Shown here piece by piece: positions 22,215 to 31,843 of a stretch of 64,000 nucleotides of DNA (positions within the stretch are counted from its first letter, which is position 1; every line of letters starts with the position of its first letter). The position numbers were made by a program, and so were the translations under genes. Source of the DNA: Escherichia coli (GTDB taxonomy: Bacteria > Pseudomonadota > Gammaproteobacteria > Enterobacterales > Enterobacteriaceae); NCBI RefSeq assembly GCF_030013595.1, contig NZ_CP122768.1; one strand, written 5' to 3'. The notes beneath the pieces are model-generated. The model was not told the DNA's origin, did no database searches, and saw nothing but the letters and a program-made list of their open reading frames with translations.

Positions 22215-22613
22215 TCAAAAACGCATGCGAAACGCTTCTGCCATTTTTCCAATTTTATGCATTTGGTTGTTATCTCGAGCCAGTTTATGAGGTTCAGGCT
22301 TCAGAATGGCAATGAGCAACCATGCTTGCTCATCAAACGCACCCTGACAATATACCAAATGCGCTTCGTCATTCGTTCTGCTGAATTGGCGCAACTGTGG
22401 CGGAAATGGATTATTCACATTTGCCAGATGAATATGAGCAACTCGCTCAAATTTGATTAATGGCCAGGTAAACGAGTCGTCGTAGAGTGCATCGCGACCA
22501 AATATATCTGGCAAAATACCGTCACGCTTATAGGAAATAAAATCCGCCGTTAACGCATCAAGTTCCTCTGCTGTAAGTTGCAGGCGAATAAGTTTTGTTT
22601 TGAATACCCGCAT
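22215..22613 (-). CDS. yafO: mRNA interferase toxin YafO
   Basis: 132-aa ORF immediately downstream of the yafN antitoxin gene (3-bp spacing). Confidence 0.85.
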   Translation of the reverse strand: MRVFKTKLIRLQLTAEELDALTADFISYKRDGILPDIFGRDALYDDSFTWPLIKFERVAHIHLANVNNPFPPQLRQFSRTNDEAHLVYCQGAFDEQAWLLIAILKPEPHKLARDNNQMHKIGKMAEAFRMRF

Positions 22614-22615
22614 CC

Positions 22616-22909
22616 TTATTCCTTAAAGTCATTGAAATCATCATCCGTCATATCATTAAGATATTGTTCAGCGCGGCGTGTAATTTCCTCTAATCTTGCG
22701 GCACTCGGACGGAAGCGCGCCTTCACCAGTTTTTTCTCCTCTTGTTCTGCAAGCATGTCCATTAACGCTTCGAATGCGCTGGCACTTAAGAGATATCCTG
22801 CGGGGCGATTATTAGAAAGAACCGCAACCGGTTGATCAATAAAGTATTTTGCTGGATTTTTACGTAACTCAGTGATATTGACCGATTTTTCAGCGAGAAT
22901 TCGATGCAT
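22616..22909 (-). CDS. yafN: antitoxin YafN (Phd/YefM family)
   Basis: 97-aa ORF MHRILAEKSVNITELRKNPAKYF... typical Phd/YefM-type N-terminus. Confidence 0.85.
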   Translation of the reverse strand: MHRILAEKSVNITELRKNPAKYFIDQPVAVLSNNRPAGYLLSASAFEALMDMLAEQEEKKLVKARFRPSAARLEEITRRAEQYLNDMTDDDFNDFKE

Positions 22910-22960
22910 ACAGTGATACCCTCATAATAATGCACACCAGAATATACATAATAGTATACA

Positions 22961-24016
22961 TCATAATCCCAGCACCAGTTGTCTTTCCATTTGCGGGTCA
23001 AGCAACGTCACATGCAGCCCCACCAGCCGCACACCGCGCCCGCCGCGACGTTCATCCCAGGTTTTACGCGCGGTGGCAATTAAGTCAGCTTTATTCAGCC
23101 GCGGCCAGACGTGCTCCTGAGTGGTTTGCTGAAAATCGTCGAACTTTAATTTCACCCCCTGGCGAGCAATCAGTAAATCAGGTTTCACCTTTGCCAGACG
23201 GCGTTCAAGTTCCGGATACAGCCGCTCGATAATCGCTTCACATTCAGACCAGTGATGAATATCTTCCGCCATCGTGCGTTCCACGCCGACGGATTTTCGT
23301 AACCGTTCGCTGTTAACGTCGCGCTCGTCAATCCCCTGACTACGCTCCCACAAAATGCGGCCAAATTTGCCAAAACGTTTGAGCAGAGTCACCAGATCAC
23401 ACTTTTGCACATCACCGCAGGTCCGCAGCCCCATCGCTTCCAGTTTTGCCGCCGAGACTTTGCCGACGCCGGGAATTTTTGCCAGCGGTAAGGTTTGCAG
23501 AAATGCCGGAACTTCTGCCGGCGTAATCACAAACTGGCCGTTGGGTTTATTCATGTCGGAGGCGATTTTAGCGAGAAACTTTACTGGTGCCACGCCCGCA
23601 GACGCCGTCAGTTGCAGCTCGTTGAAGATTGTCTGGCGGATTTCCTGGGCGATGAGGGTCGCAGAACCGTGGCAATGGACGCTATCAGTAACATCGAGAT
23701 AGGCTTCATCCAGTGACAACGGTTCAATACGCGAGGTGTAGCGCGAGAAGATTTCACGGATATGATTTGAGGCTTCTTTGTAGGCGTCAAAGCGCCCCGG
23801 AAGCAAGGTGAGATGTGGGCATAATTTGAGCGCCATCCCAGTAGGCATAGCGCTACGTACGCCAAATTTACGCGCGGGATAATTGGCGGTGCTGATCACC
23901 CCCCGACGTTCGCGGCTGCCGCCAATAGCAATAGGGATATCGCGCAGGGCGGGATTGTCGCGCATCTCCACTGCGGCGAAAAAGCAGTCCATATCCACAT
24001 GAATGATTTTACGCAT
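22961..24016 (-). CDS. dinB: DNA polymerase IV (Y-family translesion polymerase)
   Basis: 351-aa [36 protein letters not shown]... classic Y-family motifs. Confidence 0.95.
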   Translation of the reverse strand: MRKIIHVDMDCFFAAVEMRDNPALRDIPIAIGGSRERRGVISTANYPARKFGVRSAMPTGMALKLCPHLTLLPGRFDAYKEASNHIREIFSRYTSRIEPLSLDEAYLDVTDSVHCHGSATLIAQEIRQTIFNELQLTASAGVAPVKFLAKIASDMNKPNGQFVITPAEVPAFLQTLPLAKIPGVGKVSAAKLEAMGLRTCGDVQKCDLVTLLKRFGKFGRILWERSQGIDERDVNSERLRKSVGVERTMAEDIHHWSECEAIIERLYPELERRLAKVKPDLLIARQGVKLKFDDFQQTTQEHVWPRLNKADLIATARKTWDERRGGRGVRLVGLHVTLLDPQMERQLVLGL

Positions 24017-24030
24017 TGCTCACCTCTCAA

Positions 24031-24050
24031 CACTGGTAAAGTATACAGTG
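24031..24050. promoter_or_regulatory. LexA (SOS) box upstream of dinB
   Basis: cactggtaaagtatacagtg = CTG-N10-CAG palindrome 15 bp upstream of the dinB start. Confidence 0.8.
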
Positions 24051-24086
24051 ATTTCAGGGTTTGAGAAATGCGTAAAGATTCAGCAT

Positions 24087-25010
24087 CTAGCGCGTTCGCT
24101 GCGAAAGCACCTGCTGCTTATCCAGCTTTTGCACCAGCGGCTGCACCACTTTATCCCCATGCTGACCAAAGTATTGATACAGCGTATCGGACGCACTTTT
24201 GGTCAGCACCATAATCTCAATGCGTCGGTTGCCCGCGCTTTGCGGATTTTTCGCGTCCAGCAGCATCTGGTCCGCCATCGCGCTTACCTGCATCACTTTA
24301 TCTTCCGGCATTCCGGCCTCTTCCAGCACCCGACGGGCCGAAAGCGCGCGATCGCCCGAAAGGTTCCAGTTGTTGTAGATATTGTTTTTGTAGGCCATCG
24401 CATCGGTATGCCCGGTAATAATAATTTTGTTATCGAGCGAGTCGAACACTGGCGCGAGCTCCACCAGCAAAGTTTTAAAGAACGGCATAATCTGCGCGCT
24501 GCCGCGTTCAAACATATTGCGGTTCTGGTCATCTTTAATCAGCACGCGTAATCCCTGCGGGACAATCTCCATCTCCAGATTCGCTTCCATATGTGCATCA
24601 CGGGCAATGGTGTTGATACTGGTTGCCAACTCGCCAAGCTCGGTGGCGGATTTCTTCTTCAGCAGCGCCGGTTTCTCATTCACATCACGCGCTTTTTTCT
24701 CCGTCTCTTCCGGCACCGCTACGGTGGCAGGTTTTGGCGGATGAGACGGGCTGATTTTATTTAACGGCGACAGCCCACCACCGTTAAAAATCGACTGCCC
24801 GTGCAGCGCGGCGATAATGCTTTCACGCTCGGATTTACTGACGCTGTTGACAATCCACAGCGTCATAAACAGCGCCATCATTGCCAAAGTAAAGTCGGCG
24901 AACGTCACCTTCCGCGCCCCGCCGTGGTGCCCGGCATGATTCTTTTTGATCTGCCGCCGGACGATGGTGGTTTTTGCCCCACGCTCGCGGCGGTTGCCCG
25001 TCTTTCTCAT
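24087..25010 (-). CDS. lafU: lateral-flagellar stator protein MotB-like (OmpA-like C-terminus), intact
   Basis: ORF trimmed to MRKTGNRRERGAKTTIVRRQIKKNHAGHHGGARKVTFADFTLAMMALFMTLW... (MotB N-terminus with TM helix); C-terminal peptidoglycan-binding region; follows the MotA-like gene. Confidence 0.85.
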   Translation of the reverse strand: MRKTGNRRERGAKTTIVRRQIKKNHAGHHGGARKVTFADFTLAMMALFMTLWIVNSVSKSERESIIAALHGQSIFNGGGLSPLNKISPSHPPKPATVAVPEETEKKARDVNEKPALLKKKSATELGELATSINTIARDAHMEANLEMEIVPQGLRVLIKDDQNRNMFERGSAQIMPFFKTLLVELAPVFDSLDNKIIITGHTDAMAYKNNIYNNWNLSGDRALSARRVLEEAGMPEDKVMQVSAMADQMLLDAKNPQSAGNRRIEIMVLTKSASDTLYQYFGQHGDKVVQPLVQKLDKQQVLSQRTR

Positions 25011-25012
25011 GC

Positions 25013-25876
25013 TTATTCTTGCTCCAGCATCGCATTCACCCACGCGTCGAGGTTGGCGAAGGTCGGTTTAGATGCCAGATGCAGCAGCTTACGCCCGGCG
25101 TCCACCGCCAGCAGGGTCGGTTTGCCGCCTGCCTGCGCCACCAGCACGGTGCGCACGCATTCCAGCAAAGAATGTTCCGCCCGTGCCTGTTGTTCCATGG
25201 CGTTGGCAAGCGGGTCCATCAGGCAGTAGCAGATAAAGACGCCTAAAAACGTCCCCACCAGAGCCGCCGCCACTTTCAGGCCAATCAGGGCGATAGATCC
25301 ATCAATCGACTGCATGGTGATGATGATGCCCAGCACCGCCGCGCAAATACCAAATCCCGGCATCGCTTCGGCAGTACGTTGCAGCGAGCGCGACGGCGTT
25401 AACAGGGACTCTTCCGCGGTGTCCAGTTCCTGATCGAGAATGCCTTCCAGTTCGTGGGCGTCGATTTTGCCCATCGCCATCAGGCGAAAGTTATCGGCAA
25501 TAAAGGTCACCAGCCGCTTCTGGGTTAATACCAACGGGTATTTCTGGAAAACGGTGCTATCTTCCGGTTGCTCAATATGCTGATCCAGCATGCGCAGGCC
25601 GCCGTTTTGTACCATTTCAAGCAACTCATACAGGCACATTAATAGCTGACGCTGAAACTCCGGCCCGAGCTGTTTTTTACTGATCACGCCTTTAATTTGA
25701 TGGGCAATCTCTTTCAGCACATGTTTCGGGTTACCAATAATCATCGCCCCAAAACCGGCACCCAAAATAATGATCATCTCCGCCGGTTGCCAGATAGCCA
25801 CTAATTGCCCGCCCGCTTCAAAATAACCGCCAAATACGCAGCCGAGCACCACCAGTAAACCTAATATTTTTTGCAT
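25013..25876 (-). CDS. lafT: lateral-flagellar stator protein MotA-like
   Basis: 287-aa four-TM MotA-type protein ending ...AALVGTFLGVFICYCLMDPLANAM... Confidence 0.85.
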   Translation of the reverse strand: MQKILGLLVVLGCVFGGYFEAGGQLVAIWQPAEMIIILGAGFGAMIIGNPKHVLKEIAHQIKGVISKKQLGPEFQRQLLMCLYELLEMVQNGGLRMLDQHIEQPEDSTVFQKYPLVLTQKRLVTFIADNFRLMAMGKIDAHELEGILDQELDTAEESLLTPSRSLQRTAEAMPGFGICAAVLGIIITMQSIDGSIALIGLKVAAALVGTFLGVFICYCLMDPLANAMEQQARAEHSLLECVRTVLVAQAGGKPTLLAVDAGRKLLHLASKPTFANLDAWVNAMLEQE

Positions 25877-25888
25877 GATTTCTTCACT

Positions 25889-26605
25889 TTAATTCGGATA
25901 GACAAAATCACGAATTTTCTGCGCGATCTGTTTATTCAGTTGACAAATTCGGGCCTCGGTTAGCCCTAATACCAGCGCAATTTCTTTGAGATTCATCTCA
26001 TGCTGGTAATACATGGAGAGGATCAGTTGCTCTTTTTCGCTTAATTGTGAAAGCGCCTGTTGCAACATTTGCTGGGTGACAAACTGATCTTCCAGTTCCC
26101 GGCCAGCAAGCGGAATGCCAGGCCCTTCGCCGTTCAGCAGTTCGTCAAGGCTGGCGAGCGTTTCCGCCCCTTCCAGTTGCTGATATTCGAGATAATCTTC
26201 ATGCGAGATCCCTTCCACGGCCAGTTCTGGCCACTCCGGTTCGTGCCCCAGTTTTTTACGCGTTTCGCGAATCAGGTCTTTCATCTGATGATATTTCTGT
26301 CGCAGCTGGCGCGGTCGCCAGTCGAGAGCGCGCAGCTCATCAAGGATCGCGCCGCGAATACGGTGCACGGCATAGCCGGCAAAACCTTCGTCCGGCAGCC
26401 CGTAGCGGCGAATGGCGTTAAGCAGCCCCATTAACGCCGTTTGTTCCATATCCTGACGGTCAATAATGCAATTACACTGCGGGGCAAGTTGCCGCACCAC
26501 TTTACGCACCAGTGGTAAATAGGCCTGCAAGTAGTGGCTCTCCTGCTGCGGGGTTAATACCGGCGCGGCAGCAAATTCTTCTGACTCGAATACGTCCTGT
26601 AGCAT
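25889..26605 (-). CDS. lafS: sigma-28 (FliA-like) sigma factor of the lateral system
   Basis: 238-aa sigma-70-family protein with region 2 and region 4 HTH (...EIALVLGLTEARICQLNKQ...). Confidence 0.85.
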   Translation of the reverse strand: MLQDVFESEEFAAAPVLTPQQESHYLQAYLPLVRKVVRQLAPQCNCIIDRQDMEQTALMGLLNAIRRYGLPDEGFAGYAVHRIRGAILDELRALDWRPRQLRQKYHQMKDLIRETRKKLGHEPEWPELAVEGISHEDYLEYQQLEGAETLASLDELLNGEGPGIPLAGRELEDQFVTQQMLQQALSQLSEKEQLILSMYYQHEMNLKEIALVLGLTEARICQLNKQIAQKIRDFVYPN

Positions 26606-26624
26606 GTTTATATCCGCCTGGTGA

Positions 26625-27092
26625 TTACTGGAAGACCACTTTTTTCACCAGCAAATCCTTATACGGTGCGCTCATTTTGCGACGTTGAAGATCTTTCTTT
26701 AACGCATCCGAAATCAGTTTGCGGATGGCAGATATTTTCATGCCGCGCAAATCTTCAAATTTCATTTCCGTCAGGCATTCAACCGCAATACTTTGATACA
26801 GCGGCTCCTGATGTTTTATTTTTTCCGCTTCTTTGTCACTGGCAACCACCATCACTAATTCCGCCGACAAATAATGGTCCGCGCCGTTGTTGTCATGCAG
26901 CGTGACAATGGTTTCCGGCAACGTCACAAACACGCTTTTGCTTTCATCCAGGGTTTCCACCGTTTCCGTCTGCGCGGCGGCAGTCGGTTTTCCTTTTCCG
27001 GCATAATGATGCCAGACACCCCATCCAGCTCCGACCCCCACCACCAACGCCAGAACGGCGCTGACCACGCCCGCCACCACGATTTTCTTCAT
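26625..27092 (-). CDS. lafF: FliL-like flagellar basal body-associated protein
   Basis: 155-aa protein with a single N-terminal TM segment, FliL-like. Confidence 0.75.
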   Translation of the reverse strand: MKKIVVAGVVSAVLALVVGVGAGWGVWHHYAGKGKPTAAAQTETVETLDESKSVFVTLPETIVTLHDNNGADHYLSAELVMVVASDKEAEKIKHQEPLYQSIAVECLTEMKFEDLRGMKISAIRKLISDALKKDLQRRKMSAPYKDLLVKKVVFQ

Positions 27093-27099
27093 ATTGCCT

Positions 27100-28161
27100 T
27101 TACACTTTGATCAAAACGGATTCGTTCTGTTGAAATTGAGGCGCATCATCAAGCTGTAAGGCGGCACTCACCTCTTCCTGCTGATGGCCCGACTGTTGTT
27201 GTTGCTGCGACTGCCCTTCGGAGGAAACCTGTACGTTCACCTCCATAAAATTTTGCGCCGTCAGATGCTGGCGGAGATCGTCGCTAAACTGTTGTAACGC
27301 GCGGCAAACTTCACTTTGGTTCGCGCCGATATGCACCATCAGTTTGCCGTTATCGAGTTGTACGGCGATCTCAAGCTTGCCAAGCGACGGTGGATCGAGA
27401 CGGATGGTGGAGATCTGCTGTTGTTTGTTGAGCTGAAAGTGGATCTGATCTTTCAAAAGCGTCGTCAGTTTTTCGCCCAGTTCGTCCATCGAAAGCGTGG
27501 CTGGTTTGGCGACAATCTCCTGATGTTCGCTGACCAGATCCGGCGTCTTAACCTGCAACACCGCACGCGCAATAACCGGTTCGCTGTCCGGCACTTTTTC
27601 CGTTTTACGCTCGACCTGCGGGCGCGCGTTCACACGGGTTAGTTCAGGTTTCGGGCGAGCTGGCTGTGTTGAGACGCGCGGCTGCGTCGGCGCAATGGCA
27701 TGTAAATATTCACTGGCGTAAGTCGCCAGTCTGGCCTGCTGTTCGGGTTTCGCCTGCGGCAACTGACTGATCAGTTCCTGCAACTGCGGCGGCAACGGCG
27801 TGAGTTCCTGCTGCTGCGTCGGGCGTTGCGGCGCGTTTTGCACCACCGCTTTCGTCAATTGCTGGATAACCGGCGATGTTGCGACGTTTCGCGGCTGCGG
27901 CGTGTCCTGATGCGGCGCGGCAGGTTGCGGAAGTAACAGCGCCATTAGCGCCTGCATCGCCACCAGATCGTTCTCCTGCGGGCGCGTCGCCTGTTGCTGA
28001 CTGGTTTTAGCGCTATGAACGCGCTCCGCCACCGCCGCGACCGCCATTTTCGGCAGGGTAAACGCGGGCGCGTTTTCACCGCTCACCGGCGGTAAAATAT
28101 CCGCCTTCAACGAAGCGGTTTCCGCAAGCGTTCCGAGCGTGGCAAGCAATGCCGGATTCAT
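27100..28161 (-). CDS. lafE: FliK-like hook-length control protein
   Basis: 353 aa, Pro/Gln-rich central region and conserved C-terminal hook-length domain. Confidence 0.75.
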   Translation of the reverse strand: MNPALLATLGTLAETASLKADILPPVSGENAPAFTLPKMAVAAVAERVHSAKTSQQQATRPQENDLVAMQALMALLLPQPAAPHQDTPQPRNVATSPVIQQLTKAVVQNAPQRPTQQQELTPLPPQLQELISQLPQAKPEQQARLATYASEYLHAIAPTQPRVSTQPARPKPELTRVNARPQVERKTEKVPDSEPVIARAVLQVKTPDLVSEHQEIVAKPATLSMDELGEKLTTLLKDQIHFQLNKQQQISTIRLDPPSLGKLEIAVQLDNGKLMVHIGANQSEVCRALQQFSDDLRQHLTAQNFMEVNVQVSSEGQSQQQQQSGHQQEEVSAALQLDDAPQFQQNESVLIKV

Positions 28162-28469
28162 GACTTCTCCGAAAGTAAATTAACAATTGAGTAGGCCAGT
28201 ACGCCTTCCTGATGCCGCTGATGCTGTTCCATACGCGCTTTCAACACTTCTGCGCGCTGCTCGCGCCGTTTAATCAGGGCGTTAAACGCGTCATACAGTC
28301 GCGCTTTCACTGCATCCAACTGCGCCGCATCGGTTTCCGCCGCCGCGTAATCGTGAAACTGGCGTATCAACTGCTGATGCAGTGCCGGAAGGCGTCGCCA
28401 GCGTTGCTTGTCGAGGGCTTCATTCATCGCCTCGACCAGTGCGAAAAGTTGCCTGCGTTGTTTTTCCAT
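28158..28469 (-). CDS. lafD: FliT-like flagellar chaperone
   Basis: 103-aa helical protein between the FliS-like and FliK-like genes. Confidence 0.6.
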   Translation of the reverse strand: MEKQRRQLFALVEAMNEALDKQRWRRLPALHQQLIRQFHDYAAAETDAAQLDAVKARLYDAFNALIKRREQRAEVLKARMEQHQRHQEGVLAYSIVNLLSEKS

Positions 28470-28473
28470 CGTC

Positions 28474-28866
28474 TTAACCCAGCTTGCCCGAAAGCCCTTC
28501 CCAGCCTTCGCGCAGGTTGCTTAAGATCAGCATCACTTCATCGATTTTCTCTGCCGACAGTTCGCCGCTGGCCTCATACAATCGGTAAACGCAGTGGTCA
28601 TAGAGTCGCGAAAGGTTGACCACCAGCTCGCCGCCAGTTTCAAACTCCAGCGAACTGGTGAGCGCATTGAGAATGTCGATGCATTTATTGATGCTCTGGG
28701 CTTTCTTCTCGAAACGCCGCCCTTCAATATGGCTTTTGGCGCGTTCCAGCTCGTCCATCAGGCCAGAAAACAGCACCAGCACCAGTTCCAGAGGCGATGC
28801 CGCCGCAGTACGCGCCGCGAGATCGATCTCTTTATATTGCGAATAGCCGTCCTGTACTTGGTACAT
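28474..28866 (-). CDS. lafC: FliS-like flagellin chaperone
   Basis: 130-aa protein MYQVQDGYSQYKEIDLAARTAAASPLELVLVLFSGL... FliS family. Confidence 0.8.
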   Translation of the reverse strand: MYQVQDGYSQYKEIDLAARTAAASPLELVLVLFSGLMDELERAKSHIEGRRFEKKAQSINKCIDILNALTSSLEFETGGELVVNLSRLYDHCVYRLYEASGELSAEKIDEVMLILSNLREGWEGLSGKLG

Positions 28867-28888
28867 CTTTAGGGATATTCCTTCTGAG

Positions 28889-30205
28889 TTACGCGAATGC
28901 CGCCATGCTGGCTTTCATGGTGTACACCTCGACCAGCGTGTTGGTGTACTCCTCGAGATAACGGTCGTAGTTGGCGTTATAGGTATCAGTAAGCTGATCG
29001 CCTTCGTCCTGAATTTTGCTCATCTGATCGTCAATGTTCTGCTGGCGCAGGGTGATGATGCCGTTGCTGGAGTCCGTGTAGGTGTTAATCAGGTCGTCCA
29101 TCTGCGCTACCATGCTGTTGTCGCCAACGAAAATAGAGGTCAGACCGTCAGGATTTTTCGCCATTTCGTCGTTGAACTGGTCGGAGTCAATCTGTAAGTG
29201 GCCGTGAGAATCGAGGGTGATGCCATAGTCAACAATCGACACGCCGTTGTAGCTGGCATGGGCGATGTCATCGAGCTGGTTCGCCAGTGAACTGAGTCCG
29301 GCGTCGCCTGCAAATACCCCGGCGCTGGTACTGTCATCACCGTGAGTGGTTAGCGAATCAACCGTATCGATCAGGGTGTTATAGGCATCGACAAAGGTCT
29401 GCACTTTCTCCTGGCTGGCGCTGGAATCTTCGCTAATGTTAAAGGTAGTGAGGTCGCTGTCAGAATCGCTGACTTCGGTGAAAGTCATGGTGACGCCGGG
29501 GATCACATCATCAAACGTATTGCTGCTGTTGGTGATCTCAGGCCCCGTGGCGCTGCCAAGATGAATAATCGCGTCCTGAGCGGAGGAAACATCCGTGGCA
29601 ACGGGCGCGCTGGTGCTATCGTTGCTGCCGTCATGCCCCGTTACGCTCACCGAAAATGCGCTCTGCGCCCCGGTGCTATCGGAGGTGAGCATAATCGTGG
29701 TGGTGCCGTCGGTTTTTACCAGTGCCGCCGACACGCCCGGATTGTCATCAGAGTCGTTAATCGCATTCACCAGCTCGCTGGCGTCGATAAAACCGTCGCC
29801 GTCACCGTTCTGATCTGCCGCCGACAGATCAATATCCATGGTGCTGTCGCCCATCGTCAGTTCAAAAGTGCCGGTGGCGGAAAAGGTGTCGTCGCCCATA
29901 CTGAACGTGGTTTGCTGCCCCTGCGCCAGTTGCTCAACGAAAAACGAGTAGCTTCCCGCCTGTGCCTGCGAGTTAGCAGAAACGGTCGCCGAGTCATTAT
30001 TGCTGGTGGCGGCAAAAGTCACCGGGCCGTCGGTATCGCTGTTCAGCGCGTCAACGGCGCTCTGAAAATCGCTTAACGCCGAGCTGAGCGAGTCCAGGCC
30101 GCTGCTTTCAGCGTCCAGCTCGGTCTGCTTCTCCTGCAAATTTGCCGCCTGGGTGGCGACATCCGCATAAGCAATTTCTTGCGCAATGGTTCTTGGGTTA
30201 ATCAT
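28889..30205 (-). CDS. lafB: FliD-like filament cap protein
   Basis: 438-aa Ser/Thr/Asp-rich axial protein with cap-like terminal heptads. Confidence 0.8.
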   Translation of the reverse strand: MINPRTIAQEIAYADVATQAANLQEKQTELDAESSGLDSLSSALSDFQSAVDALNSDTDGPVTFAATSNNDSATVSANSQAQAGSYSFFVEQLAQGQQTTFSMGDDTFSATGTFELTMGDSTMDIDLSAADQNGDGDGFIDASELVNAINDSDDNPGVSAALVKTDGTTTIMLTSDSTGAQSAFSVSVTGHDGSNDSTSAPVATDVSSAQDAIIHLGSATGPEITNSSNTFDDVIPGVTMTFTEVSDSDSDLTTFNISEDSSASQEKVQTFVDAYNTLIDTVDSLTTHGDDSTSAGVFAGDAGLSSLANQLDDIAHASYNGVSIVDYGITLDSHGHLQIDSDQFNDEMAKNPDGLTSIFVGDNSMVAQMDDLINTYTDSSNGIITLRQQNIDDQMSKIQDEGDQLTDTYNANYDRYLEEYTNTLVEVYTMKASMAAFA

Positions 30206-30235
30206 TGATGACTCCGGGTAACGATGTCAGGTTAA

Positions 30236-30252
30236 TGGCAAAAGGCGTGCCA
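30236..30252 (-). promoter_or_regulatory. sigma-54 promoter core (-24/-12) for the lafB operon
   Basis: Minus strand reads TGGCACGCCTTTTGCCA = TGGCAC-N5-TTGC, placing the predicted start site ~15-20 nt before the lafB ATG (30205). Confidence 0.65.
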
Positions 30253-30387
30253 ATATTTTTTATGTGAATAATCAATAGATTGAAAAACAGGCGGAAATGG
30301 TGTTTCCGGTCTGGCGGAAAAAAGCCTGCCGCTGAAAGCACAACACCGCCTGCAGGCGGTGTTGAGACTGATGACAAACGCAACACT

Positions 30388-30488
<101 letters not shown>

Positions 30489-30495
30489 TCCGCCA

Positions 30496-31410
30496 TTACT
30501 GCAGCAGGCTGGAAACCATGCTGGACATGCTGTTGGACTGTTTCAGCATGGTGATGCCGGTCTGCATCAGCACCTGCTGTTTGGTCATGTTGGACGCTTC
30601 CGTCGCGTAGTCGGTATCCATGATGTTACCGATAGCAACTTCGGTGTTGTCCTGCATGCTGGTCAGGTTATTAGCCGTGTCGTTCAGACGGTTGATAGAC
30701 GCACCCAGTTTGGACTGGATCTGAGACACGTCATCCATCGCGGTAGAGATGCTGGTGATCATCTGGTTAGCCGAGCCAGACGCAGTCAGCTCAGTACCGC
30801 CAGAAACGCCTGCGGTGCCCGTGGTGTCAGCCTGATCCGCACTAAAGGAGTTGCTGATAGCAGAAAGATCAGTCACCAGGGTATTCAGCTGGCTTGAAAT
30901 ATTCACGGTCATGGTGTCGGAAGATTCCGCGCCCACCTGGAAAGTTACCGCGCTCTGGAACAGACCGTCAGTACCGGTGTTGCTGGTGCCGGAAACACCG
31001 AACAGGTTGGTGCCGCCGTAAGTGGTGTTTTGCAGCATGTCAGACATCTGCTGGCCCAGTTCGTCGTATTCGTCCTGCATCGCCTGCAGGTCGTCGTCGC
31101 TGTAGGTGCCGTTCGCTGCCTGAGTTGACAGGTCTTTCATACGACCCAGCACGTCAGACATTTCGTCGAACATGCTGTCAGCGGTTTGCAGCATCGCGGT
31201 GGCATCATTGATGTTGCTCAGCGCAACACCCATACCGCTGGACTGTGCTGTCAGACGGTTAGCAATTTGTTTGCCTGCGGCGTCATCGGCAGAAGAGTTA
31301 ATCCGGTTACCCGTTGCCAGGCGTTCCATAGATGTAGACAGAGAAGAGCTGCTTTTGCTGATTGCATTAACGGCGGCCATTGAGGCGTTATTGGTGTTAA
31401 TAGATAACAT
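30496..31410 (-). CDS. lafA: lateral flagellin
   Basis: ORF trimmed to MLSINTNNASMAAVNAISKSSSSLSTSMERLATGNRINSSADDAAGKQIANRL... (flagellin N-terminus) with C-terminal ...QTGITMLKQSNSMSSMVSSLLQ; AAGGA 8 nt upstream of ATG 31410. Confidence 0.9.
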   Translation of the reverse strand: MLSINTNNASMAAVNAISKSSSSLSTSMERLATGNRINSSADDAAGKQIANRLTAQSSGMGVALSNINDATAMLQTADSMFDEMSDVLGRMKDLSTQAANGTYSDDDLQAMQDEYDELGQQMSDMLQNTTYGGTNLFGVSGTSNTGTDGLFQSAVTFQVGAESSDTMTVNISSQLNTLVTDLSAISNSFSADQADTTGTAGVSGGTELTASGSANQMITSISTAMDDVSQIQSKLGASINRLNDTANNLTSMQDNTEVAIGNIMDTDYATEASNMTKQQVLMQTGITMLKQSNSMSSMVSSLLQ

Positions 31411-31455
31411 GATACTGCTCCTTGGGATTAATCGTTTTCGTTTCGATACCCTGTA

Positions 31456-31482
31456 AAAACGACACCTCGGGAGCAAACTTAA
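31456..31482 (-). promoter_or_regulatory. candidate sigma-28-type promoter for lafA (weak -10)
   Basis: Minus strand TTAAGTTT-N11-GTCGTTTT versus consensus TAAAGTTT-N11-GCCGATAA; -35 7/8, -10 only 4/8. Confidence 0.3.
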
Positions 31483-31843
31483 AACCGCTATGAAAAAAAT
31501 TCGCTACGTATTATCCGATGCCACTTTTAGCTAAAAAAAGCAGAGTTTAAATTCAGATAAAAAGATTATTAGCAATATCTGCCACATGGCCAGGTATCAA
31601 AATATGTCTTAATCAAACGCTTGATATAGTTAAGATTGTCATCAATTATCGCGTTTTGTTCTCAATGTACTGATGCCAAAATTTACATTGCGTTGCAAAT
31701 AGCACACATTTGGCTATTGTACCTGTCCTGTCATTTCGTTACATTTCCACGCCATATAGTGATTAAGAATAATCCTATTACCGTAAAATATTAATTATCA
31801 CGCAGAAAAATCATCTTCTCAGGGACGTATAAGACTGTGCTTT

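Noticed and set aside
24003-24551. 182-aa ORF on the plus strand spanning the dinB promoter and lafU
   Set aside because: Antisense to lafU and overlapping the LexA box; His/Arg-rich shadow ORF.
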